From Phycisphaerae bacterium (GTDB lineage Bacteria > Planctomycetota > Phycisphaerae > FEN-1346 > JAACEH01), in contig JAWLHX010000005.1 in assembly GCA_041690105.1 (NCBI GenBank), positions 1,551-65,550 of the forward strand: 64,000 bases of DNA, written 5' to 3'. Position numbers and translations under genes: made by a program. Position 1 is the first letter of the stretch, and each line of letters opens with the position of its first letter. Shown here piece by piece: positions 45,071-53,371 of this stretch. Below the pieces are notes generated by a model. It did not search any database. It worked only from the letters and a program-made list of their open reading frames with translations, and was not told where the DNA came from.

Positions 45071-46307
45071 GCCCCGCCGGCGCAAGGGCGGAGAGCCGTC
45101 TGTGGCCCAGATTCGATCACCAGCCGGCACCAGAGGTGGCAAAGCACGGCCCGCGGCCAGCCTAGGACGGAACACCCGCGCCGGCGTTGACGCAGCTTCG
45201 GGCGAGATGGTATGTCCTTTCTGCGCCACCGGTTACCATTATGCTCAGGAGCGACGCTGCTGGGAGTGCGATGGCCCATCCTGCCCCCAGTGCGTCTCGC
45301 CCGACAACCACCCGCTCTGCCCCGAATGCGTCCAGAATCTGTCGCTGCCGCGCCACATACAGCCCATGCTGGCCACCCTCAGCAAATTGCCCGCCAGCCA
45401 GAGCGGCTGGGCCTACGAGTTCAAGTGGGACGGAGTCCGGGCCTTGTGCTACTGGGATGGCAAACGATTGCTGCTGGAGAGCCGCAATCTGCTCAACATC
45501 ACCTTTCGCTATCCCGAGTTTCACGATCTGGCCCTGCAACTGGGAGATCGCCCGGTAGTGCTGGACGGCGAAATTGTGGCCCTGGACCGACAAGGGAGTC
45601 CCAGTTTTCCGCTCCTTCAGCAAAGGATGCACATCAGCCCCGACCGGGTTGCCGAACGGGCCAGGCAGGTGCCCGCCCATTATTTCGTCTTCGATATTCT
45701 GCACCTTGGCCGTAAGTCGCTGATGCAGGAACCGTATCTGGCGCGTCGCAAAGCACTTGAATCGCTGGGAATCGATCATCCGCAGGTCAAGGTGCCTCCG
45801 CATGAGCTTGAAGATGGCGAAGCCATGCTTCAGACGGCTCGCGACCATCGGCTCGAAGGTATTGTGGCCAAGCGTACCGACAGCCCTTACGAGCCCGGTC
45901 GCCGCAGTCGGCAGTGGCTGAAAATCAAGATTGTGCAGGCCCAGGAACTGGTCATTGGCGGATGGACGCCCGAAATCAACAATGCCGGCCGCATTGGGTC
46001 GCTGCTGGTAGGCTATTACGAAGACAGCCCCCACGGCCCACGCTTGCGCTATGCCGGCAGTGTAGGCACGGGGTTTACCGATGCCGAAAACAAACTGCTG
46101 GTGCCCAGGCTGAAGCAACTGGAGCGCTCGGCCAGTCCGTTCGCCGATACTCCCCGCCGCAAGAACATGCGCCCGGTTGCGCCGCAACTGGTGGCCCACG
46201 TGGCCTACCGCCGCTGGCCCGCCGGCGGGCAGATACATCAGGCCTCGTACAAGGGACTGCGTGCCGATAAGCCTCCGCACGAAGTAGTCCGCGAAAGGCC
46301 ACGGTGA
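45051..46307 (+). CDS. ligD: LigD-type ATP-dependent DNA ligase domain with N-terminal 8-Cys domain
   Basis: QPMLAT, YEFKWDGVR, LDGEIV, FVFDIL, EGIVAK, WLKIK, OB domain YAGSVGTGF. AAGGA RBS before ATG 45051. Confidence 0.93.
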   Translation: MPKPENKPRRRKGGEPSVAQIRSPAGTRGGKARPAASLGRNTRAGVDAASGEMVCPFCATGYHYAQERRCWECDGPSCPQCVSPDNHPLCPECVQNLSLPRHIQPMLATLSKLPASQSGWAYEFKWDGVRALCYWDGKRLLLESRNLLNITFRYPEFHDLALQLGDRPVVLDGEIVALDRQGSPSFPLLQQRMHISPDRVAERARQVPAHYFVFDILHLGRKSLMQEPYLARRKALESLGIDHPQVKVPPHELEDGEAMLQTARDHRLEGIVAKRTDSPYEPGRRSRQWLKIKIVQAQELVIGGWTPEINNAGRIGSLLVGYYEDSPHGPRLRYAGSVGTGFTDAENKLLVPRLKQLERSASPFADTPRRKNMRPVAPQLVAHVAYRRWPAGGQIHQASYKGLRADKPPHEVVRERPR

Positions 46308-47128
46308 CCGCCATGCCTCCACGCAGCCTATGGAGTGGAACAATCAGCTTTGGACTGGTGAGTATTCCGGTCAACATGGTGCCGGCAGTGCGAGCGCAAC
46401 GGCTGCAGTTCCACATGCTGCACCGCAAGGACAACGCCCGGCTGCATCGCCGCATGTACTGCCCCGAGCACAACACCGTGGTGCATCCCGAGCACATCGT
46501 TCGGGGTTACGAGGTGGAGCCCGAGCAGTGGGTAACGGTGACCGAGGAGGAGCTTGACTCGCTGGAGCCTAAGCGTAGCCGCAGCATAGAGATAACCGAT
46601 TTCGTGCAGCTCGACGACATCCCGGCCCTGTACTACGATCGGCCATATTACCTGTTGCCCGACGGCGCCGGCAAGCCCTACAACCTGCTGGTCGAGGCCC
46701 TGTCGCGCAGCAAACGTGCAGGCCTTGCCCGCTTTGTGATGCATGGCCGTGAGCACCTGGTGGCCGTGCGGGCGATTGAGTCGGCCCTGTGCCTGATAAT
46801 GCTGCATTACCCGAGCGAAATCCGACCGGCCGACGACCTGCAGACGGACGCATCGCAGGCCGACAAAGATGCCGTCAAGACATTCCGCCGGGCGGCCAGC
46901 GGGCTGAAGTGGGATTTCGACCCGCAGGCTCATGAAAACCAATCGCTCGTGCGCCTGCAGCAGATAATCGAGAAGAAGCGGAAAAAGGTCGGCACGGTCG
47001 AAGCACCCGAGTCGTCCGAAGCGGAGACACAGGAAGAGGAGGCCGAGGAAGAGACCGGCGAATCGGTCGACCTGGTGGCCGCACTGGAAGCAAGCCTGGC
47101 CCGGGCCAAAAACAAGCGCCGCAAGTAA
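46304..47128 (+). CDS. ku: Ku protein, copy 2
   Basis: RSLWSGTISFGLVSIPV, IVRGYEV, IEITDFV, YYDRPYYLLP, DLVAALEASL. GTGA overlap with the ligase stop. Confidence 0.95.
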   Translation: MTAMPPRSLWSGTISFGLVSIPVNMVPAVRAQRLQFHMLHRKDNARLHRRMYCPEHNTVVHPEHIVRGYEVEPEQWVTVTEEELDSLEPKRSRSIEITDFVQLDDIPALYYDRPYYLLPDGAGKPYNLLVEALSRSKRAGLARFVMHGREHLVAVRAIESALCLIMLHYPSEIRPADDLQTDASQADKDAVKTFRRAASGLKWDFDPQAHENQSLVRLQQIIEKKRKKVGTVEAPESSEAETQEEEAEEETGESVDLVAALEASLARAKNKRRK

Positions 47129-47177
47129 GGCATTTGACCGAACCTCAAGTGCAGCAAGCAGATTGGAAGAGAACCGG

Positions 47178-48086
47178 ATGGCCAAACAGAAGACCACTGT
47201 GGAAGTTGCCGGAAAGAAGCTCGAACTGTCCAACCTGGACAAGGTTCTGTACCCAGAGACCGGCTTCACCAAAGGGCAGACCATCGACTATTACCGCCGC
47301 ATGGCCCCGCTCATATTGCCTCACCTTGAGGGCCACCCACTCACGCTGAAGCGCTACCCGCACGGTGTGGCGGAAGATTTCTTCTACGAGAAGCGTTGCC
47401 CAAGTTACCGGCCCGAGTGGATGGAAACCCGGCAGGTTGACACGCGCAGCGACAAGCCGCTCAAATATTGCGTGGTGAACGATGAGCCGGGCCTCGTCTG
47501 GGTGGCGAACCTGGCCAGCATCGAGCTTCACTCTCTGCTGTATCGCAAGGAGCATCTGGACAGGCCTACAGCTCTGGTCTTCGACCTGGACCCGGGTCCG
47601 CCCGCCGGACTGCTGCAATGCGCGGAGGTTGCCCTGGCAATGCGCGACATGCTGGGCGAACTGGGCCTGGAGAGTTTCCCCAAGTCCAGTGGCGGCAACG
47701 GCCTGCACTTTTACGTGCCGCTGAACACGCCGGTCACCTTCGACGACACGAAAGGCTTTGCCCGAGCCGTGGCCCGTACTTTCGAGAAGCATCAGGGTGA
47801 CCAGGTGACAAGCGTGATGAAAAAATCGGAACGCACCGGAAAGGTCTTCATCGACTGGAGCCAGAACGACCAGCACAAGACGACTGTTTGCGTCTATTCG
47901 CTGCGGGCTCGCCAAAGGCCGACGGTATCGGCGCCATTGGAATGGAAGGAAGTTGAGCAGGCGGTTAAGCGCGAAGATGCATCAGGGCTTATTTTTGAAG
48001 CCGAGCAGATGCTGCAGCGGGCCGACAAAAAGGGCGACCTGTTCGCGCCGGTGCTTACGCTCAAGCAGAAGCTCCCAGCAATCTGA
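47178..48086 (+). CDS. ligD: Stand-alone LigD primase-polymerase domain
   Basis: LSNLDKVLYP, LTLKRYPHG, FDLDPG, KSSGGNGLH, VFIDWSQN, VYSLRAR..PTVSAPLEW. Confidence 0.95.
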   Translation: MAKQKTTVEVAGKKLELSNLDKVLYPETGFTKGQTIDYYRRMAPLILPHLEGHPLTLKRYPHGVAEDFFYEKRCPSYRPEWMETRQVDTRSDKPLKYCVVNDEPGLVWVANLASIELHSLLYRKEHLDRPTALVFDLDPGPPAGLLQCAEVALAMRDMLGELGLESFPKSSGGNGLHFYVPLNTPVTFDDTKGFARAVARTFEKHQGDQVTSVMKKSERTGKVFIDWSQNDQHKTTVCVYSLRARQRPTVSAPLEWKEVEQAVKREDASGLIFEAEQMLQRADKKGDLFAPVLTLKQKLPAI

Positions 48087-48147
48087 GAGATTGGTCAACA
48101 GCGGGCCCATTGAGCATGGCGCCCGCCATTGAAGCAGCGCCCTTCGA

Positions 48148-48501
48148 TCACATCCAGTACGGGTCAACGCCGTAGAAATCGTGCACCTGCATGGCCCAGC
48201 GCTGATTAGCCATGTCGGGCCAATGGTCTTTGTCGAAACCCGGCGCATCCTTCAGCACTGCCTTATCGACATTGAGCACAAAATGCTTCTTCTCCCGGTC
48301 CAGCGACAGCGCCCCCCAGGGCACGGCAAAATACTTGTCGCCCATGCCTAGAAAACCGCCGAAGCTCAGCACCACGTAGGCGATGCATCCCCGCTCGATG
48401 TCGATGGCCATATCCTGGATCTCGCCGAGCTTTTCGCCCTGCATGTTCACAACGTCTTCCCGGGTTACAGCGCTGACAGCTATTATCTTTGCACCAGACA
48501 T
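48148..48501 (-). CDS. PRC-barrel domain protein
   Basis: DVVN..GEKLGEIQD, IAYVVLSFGGFLGMGDKYFAVPW, LKDAPGFD..HWP. Confidence 0.92.
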   Translation of the reverse strand: MSGAKIIAVSAVTREDVVNMQGEKLGEIQDMAIDIERGCIAYVVLSFGGFLGMGDKYFAVPWGALSLDREKKHFVLNVDKAVLKDAPGFDKDHWPDMANQRWAMQVHDFYGVDPYWM

Positions 48502-48546
48502 CTTCCTGCCCTCCGAATGTATATCGCGTCCAATAACGCGACTTAG

Positions 48547-48708
48547 CTAATAAGGAAACCGTCCTGCCAGTATAAGAAGCAGCAGAACTATGAGCAGCAG
48601 AGCCAGAATGCCGCTCGGAAAGTAGCCCCAGGTGCGGCTATAGGGCCAGTTTGGCAGCAGGCCGATCAGCATGATGATCAGGATTATAAGCAGAAGCCAG
48701 CGTATCAT
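48547..48708 (-). CDS. DUF3309 family small membrane protein (53 aa)
   Basis: Below the ORF-track cutoff. Manual translation MIRWLLLIILIIMLIGLLPNWPYSRTWGYFPSGILALLLIVLLLLILAGRFPY; the LP.WPYSR.WGY.PSG motif. Confidence 0.88.
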   Translation of the reverse strand: MIRWLLLIILIIMLIGLLPNWPYSRTWGYFPSGILALLLIVLLLLILAGRFPY

Positions 48709-48774
48709 GTTTTTCCCCCAATTGAGTAGCTGGAGACGCCAAGGTAAGCCGCCCGTACCCCCTCGCGCCAGGGG

Positions 48775-49248
48775 CTAATGCAGATCCGCCGCCTCCGTCG
48801 CCTTGGCCGCCTTTTCCAGCGAGTCGCCCTGCTCCTGCTCTTCGCCCAGACCTTCAAAATCTCCTCGCAAGGCCTTCAGGGCGTAGCGCTCCTTGTTGAT
48901 CTCGTGCATGGTCCTGATGCCCAACCGCCGCATGATTGGCAGTGGCGGGCACCAGCCCTGAATCGCGTGCTGGAGCAGAAAGGCAGTCACCACCATGGGC
49001 AGCACCAGGGCTTTCTTCCAGAAAATCCCGAGGCCGAGGCCGAACAGAGCCAGAATGCTGGCATTGGTCTCCAGCGAGCGTTCAACGTCCCATTCCTGAT
49101 CCAACTCCTCCAACCTCTCTTCAATCTGGTCCAGACGCTGAGCAAAATAGGCCACGTTGGCCTCGATCTGGCGCCGGTTTCGGGCGTTCACCATCTGCTC
49201 GCTGTTGGACTCGACTCGCCTTGCAGTTTCGGATGCTTCCATGCTCAT
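48775..49248 (-). CDS. DUF2892 (YgaP-like) membrane protein
   Basis: RLEELDQEWDVER.LE.NA, FLLQHAIQGWCPPLP..RRLG.RT..EI..ERYALKALRGDF. Confidence 0.85.
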   Translation of the reverse strand: MSMEASETARRVESNSEQMVNARNRRQIEANVAYFAQRLDQIEERLEELDQEWDVERSLETNASILALFGLGLGIFWKKALVLPMVVTAFLLQHAIQGWCPPLPIMRRLGIRTMHEINKERYALKALRGDFEGLGEEQEQGDSLEKAAKATEAADLH

Positions 49249-49601
49249 CCTCCCCTCTTATGGGCTGGTTACTTGATCGGCACCCCCTCTAGCGGTGCGA
49301 AGATTGCCCTCCCCATCCGCTGCAAATGGCTGAGAAGAGGTGGCCAAGCTTCAATCTAAACCCATTTCAGTTTCAGAACAATACCCGTGCACGGGACCGT
49401 CACCATGTCACAATGCACGTAACGCCACCCCTGTCGCATGAAAAATGCATCGCCTGACGACATCCGCGGCCGGTGGCTGCACAGAGCGGGCAACATCTGT
49501 CGCGGAGCGGCGCAATCTGCTTGACTGCAGCAGCTTCGGCATCTACCATCCCAAGGAATATTGCTCTGATTGGTCGGGCGATTGTTGAAAAAGGATTGGC
49601 T

Positions 49602-49859
49602 ATGAGGTATTTCTGCCTGATACTGCTGCTTATGGTCGCCGGCTGCACTGCCGAGCAGGCCCGGGGGATATCGCGCCTGCAGGAACTGGAAAAGGATTTT
49701 GAGCGCGGCCAGCCCAACTACTACTCTGAAGAAGAGATGGCCCGTATGAAGGCCGACTACCCGCAAATACTGGACGAAAGGCGTCCGGCCAACCCAGAGG
49801 GACAGGCCGCTTCGGCTGCTGTTTGCCATGAATCGCCCGACGCTACTACCGGGAATTAG
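49602..49859 (+). CDS. Small hypothetical lipoprotein
   Basis: MRYFCLILLLMVAGC lipobox; AAGGA RBS. Confidence 0.6.
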   Translation: MRYFCLILLLMVAGCTAEQARGISRLQELEKDFERGQPNYYSEEEMARMKADYPQILDERRPANPEGQAASAAVCHESPDATTGN

Positions 49860-49904
49860 AGTGAAGCCACACGGAAGATGCAGCAGGCAGCCATAACGGC
49901 CCCT

Positions 49905-50381
49905 CTACTTGACCAGCACCTCGCGCATAAACTGTTCGATCTGCGGCTCTACGCTCTGCAGCGCCTCGCGCGGGCCACCCGCCTCCACAACTGTCACCCG
50001 GTCATCGTGAACCCAGACGGCCAGCCTGTAGGCCATGTCAGCATTATTCTGCCGGACCACAAAATCGAGACGCCGGCCGGGCACACTGTCGGCGCTGTTA
50101 AGCTGGCTTTCGGATTCCAGGGCATAGCCGCGATTGTTGGTCAACTCGTTGCCAATGGCTTTTGACCAGAAGTCGAGATTGCCACCGGCGGCGTCTTGCG
50201 AGATACGGCGGCCAAGGTATACACCATCAGCCGAAACCGCCCGATCTGAATAAAGATAGCCCGGGCGATCGAGTTTAACGAAGCCTTCCGGCGGCTCGAA
50301 GCCTGGCCTGCAGCCTACCGCAACGATCATCAAACCAATCATACAAACCATGCACGCCGCCACTGCTGCCCTGCCGCTCAT
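49905..50381 (-). CDS. Hypothetical lipoprotein
   Basis: AVGC lipobox; AGGAG RBS before ATG 50381; same strand directly after the DUF4349 gene. Confidence 0.7.
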   Translation of the reverse strand: MSGRAAVAACMVCMIGLMIVAVGCRPGFEPPEGFVKLDRPGYLYSDRAVSADGVYLGRRISQDAAGGNLDFWSKAIGNELTNNRGYALESESQLNSADSVPGRRLDFVVRQNNADMAYRLAVWVHDDRVTVVEAGGPREALQSVEPQIEQFMREVLVK

Positions 50382-50447
50382 ATTCTGCTCCTTCTGATGA
50401 TTCAAGTGATCATCCTTTTTTGTTGTCAACGAGATCGAGGGAGTCTC

Positions 50448-51197
50448 TCAGTATGTGGATCCGGCAGTCAGATCCTCTAAACCAAGGCGGTAGAGCCACC
50501 AGAACGGCAAACGGGGCATTAAGTGGCGATGAGCAACTTCGGTTGACGGAACCACCTCAAGGTCGATTCGGCTGAAGACCACCTGGTTGGCCAAGTTCCT
50601 CAATTGAGCCTGCAACTGTTCGATCTCGACTTCCAGTTCAACAATAGCCTTTTCAAGTTTAAGCATGTCATCCATACCTTCGGCCCGGGCCAGCATCTGA
50701 CGATAGCGTTCCAGCATGGCCTGCCTGGACTTCAGCCGCAGTTCCAGATCGGCGTAGGCCTCGGTCACGTCCTGGGCCTTGACGCTGCGATCAATCACGG
50801 TACCAAGCTGCGCCAACTGATCGAGAGTCTCCTCAAAGCGGTCGCCGGGCACACGCAGGGTAATGCTGTTCAGGGTCATCTCCTGCGCATACCCGCCAAG
50901 TCGTTGGGCTATACTGCGCGCCTGGACAACGGCCTCCTCGGGTTGAGTTGCGCCGATGGTGAGCGCGCCATTATGAATGAGTTTGCGTCCGGCCAAAGGA
51001 GACTGGCCATCGGCCACCTGGCCGGACATATCGGCCGGCGGCTCAGAGCCTTCTCTGACGGTCTCAGCAGCAGCCGGCCTTGACATGGGAAGCACTGAGG
51101 AATCCTGCCGGAATACAGTGGAACTGTCACCACAGCCGGTCAGCAGCGGGAGAGCGAGCAGTAGCAGCGGCAGACACCTGAAGCATTTTGCATTCAT
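50448..51197 (-). CDS. DUF4349 domain lipoprotein
   Basis: LTGC lipobox; RKLIHNGAL, ITLRVP..RF, QDVTEAYADLE.RL, EIEQLQAQLRNL.NQV.FSRI. Confidence 0.85.
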   Translation of the reverse strand: MNAKCFRCLPLLLLALPLLTGCGDSSTVFRQDSSVLPMSRPAAAETVREGSEPPADMSGQVADGQSPLAGRKLIHNGALTIGATQPEEAVVQARSIAQRLGGYAQEMTLNSITLRVPGDRFEETLDQLAQLGTVIDRSVKAQDVTEAYADLELRLKSRQAMLERYRQMLARAEGMDDMLKLEKAIVELEVEIEQLQAQLRNLANQVVFSRIDLEVVPSTEVAHRHLMPRLPFWWLYRLGLEDLTAGSTY

Positions 51198-51600
51198 CTG
51201 GTTCTCTCCTCTTACAGGCGCGGCGCTTAGGCTATGTGCGCGCAGCCTGCCGCTCAAATTCGTGACTCATACCAATGACTCGCCAGTCACATCACACTGA
51301 AACATTCACACTGATTTAACTTCTGCAGACACCTTTGTCAAGGCATATTAAGTCATTGACTTCATCGGTCAGCTCAGCGGTATGGTTGCGCATGCCTTTA
51401 TGTTTACAGCAGTCGGCGTGCGGCGACAGTTTTTTGATTTTGTCATGCCCGACAGCTTGTGCGATACTTCAGCCGGCACAATGGGTTAATCTATGCCAGT
51501 GGCGTAGGGGTCGTTTTTTATGACGCTGGCAACCGGCTTGCGAAAGAATTGCAGATTAAAGGGAGATGAGATGATTGTAAGACGCGGTTATAGGGAATTG

Positions 51601-53277
51601 ATGCGTAAGGTGGTGGTGATGCTGGCACTGACTTGGATATTGGCAATATCGACCACGGCGATGGCAAACGAGGTTACCGCCGCCGGTACCCCCGTCATGG
51701 TCAAAGAAGTCCGTCAGCACGACGTTACCTGGACCTTTGCCGAGCCGGTGCGGGCCGGCCAGTTCGTCAACGGCGACTGGTGGATATGCCCCGCCGAGGG
51801 CAGCGAGAGCGTGAAGGTAGTCAGTGTTGATCCAGCTCCCGCCAAAACAGCCGATGGCAAGCTGATGAACGGTTCGATGATCAACCCGATGCCCGGCGGC
51901 CATGGTTTCGATGAGCGGGCCTCGCAGTGGAAGGCCGAGGTCACGGTCTCCTATCCGCTGGAATTGAAGGTCAACCAGTCGCTGGTCTCGGCCGTCTGCC
52001 ATGGCGAGGGCGAGGGTAAGACCCGCTGGGGCACACGGCCGATGAAGTACATTGCCGTGCTGACCTGCCTGGCCGAGCCGGCCGCGCCAACCGATTTCCG
52101 CCCGCCGTACGTCGGCGTCGACAAGCCGCTCTACAGCAGCCTGAATCTGCGGCGCGATTTGCTGCCAAAGCTCAAGCCGGTGCAGGATACGCCGAACCTG
52201 GCCCAGGTGGCCAATGCTCGTTTCAGCAGGCCCTGGATCGAATTCCCGGTGGGCTGGTCGGCCGGGGCCATTCGCGGGCAGTGGGAATCGGGCTATGGTC
52301 GCGAAAAGGCGGTGGATGTCGGCGGGGCCGGGTTGCTGTTGTGTTTGGACCCGGAGGAAGTTGGCGACAAGGAGCTGCTGATTATCGGCATGGTCCAGAC
52401 CGGCATCGACCTCTACCATAATCTGGAAAGTGGCGGCCGCTGGCCCTGCGATGGTGGCCATGCCATGGGCCGCAAGTTGCCCATCCTCATCGCCGGCCTG
52501 CTGCTCGATGACAAGGATATGCTGGGCATTGGCAAAAAGTACGGCCCTAAGGACAACCGCTTCCAGGAAGACGTGATGGCCTTCATTGTGACGAAGGACG
52601 ATGTCGGCCGCAAACTGAAAGTGACCATCGATGGTCCGGTGCTGGCCGCCACGGAAGATACGGTAGGCGTGGCCGGTGGCTCGGCCGGGCCGCACGGACT
52701 GCCGGGCTACACGCGACTGAAGGGCAATCAGATCAAGATAACCGAGGGCCCCGGCGCCGGGCAGGTGCGTTACATCAAGAATGATAACGCCGGCTGGAAG
52801 CGCACCGGCGACATTGCCGCCGTGGTCACCTGCACGGTCGAGCCAGCCTGGGAGGTGACGCCGGTCGTGGGTGAATCCAAATACCAGGTGCTCGGCTACC
52901 AGGAGCAGCACATAGGCAAAGCCGAGTGGGGCGGCGGGCACGCCATCCGCCCCGAAGGCGATAATCCCAGCTACTTCCAGCAGTACCGGCATCTCAACAA
53001 GTACGCCTGGCCGGGACAGGTGCTGGCCGCCCAGCTTCTGGGCCTGAAGGACGCCTGGAATCAGCCGGCCGTGTTCAAGCTGATGGACGAATGGATGGCC
53101 GAGACCGCACCCGGCGGCAGGTATCACGAGCAGTTCGGCAACTCGCGCACCTGGAGTTCCGGCGGCAGCAATCCGGACTACAAAATCAGCGGTTCGTTCA
53201 TCAGCAGAATGTGGGATACCTACCGGAAGGAAGTGAAGGACACGCCGGCGGCGGCCGAGGCGACGAGGGAGAAGTAA
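51601..53277 (+). CDS. Large secreted protein of unknown function
   Basis: Signal peptide MRKVVVMLAL...AMA; VRQHDVTWTF..PV..GQFVNGDWW; NGSMINP; helical core GGHAMGRKLPIL.AG.LL. Confidence 0.75.
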   Translation: MRKVVVMLALTWILAISTTAMANEVTAAGTPVMVKEVRQHDVTWTFAEPVRAGQFVNGDWWICPAEGSESVKVVSVDPAPAKTADGKLMNGSMINPMPGGHGFDERASQWKAEVTVSYPLELKVNQSLVSAVCHGEGEGKTRWGTRPMKYIAVLTCLAEPAAPTDFRPPYVGVDKPLYSSLNLRRDLLPKLKPVQDTPNLAQVANARFSRPWIEFPVGWSAGAIRGQWESGYGREKAVDVGGAGLLLCLDPEEVGDKELLIIGMVQTGIDLYHNLESGGRWPCDGGHAMGRKLPILIAGLLLDDKDMLGIGKKYGPKDNRFQEDVMAFIVTKDDVGRKLKVTIDGPVLAATEDTVGVAGGSAGPHGLPGYTRLKGNQIKITEGPGAGQVRYIKNDNAGWKRTGDIAAVVTCTVEPAWEVTPVVGESKYQVLGYQEQHIGKAEWGGGHAIRPEGDNPSYFQQYRHLNKYAWPGQVLAAQLLGLKDAWNQPAVFKLMDEWMAETAPGGRYHEQFGNSRTWSSGGSNPDYKISGSFISRMWDTYRKEVKDTPAAAEATREK

Positions 53278-53322
53278 CAGCCTCCAGGGCAGCTAACGCC
53301 GGAACGGCCGGATTACATCATG

Positions 53323-53365
53323 AAAGGGGCCATAGCTGTGAACGCAGCCATGGCCCCTGTTTTTT
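53323..53365. terminator. Intrinsic terminator between convergent genes
   Basis: AAAGGGGCCATAGCTG...CAGCCATGGCCCCT followed by GTTTTTT. Confidence 0.7.
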
Positions 53366-53371
53366 GCTGGG

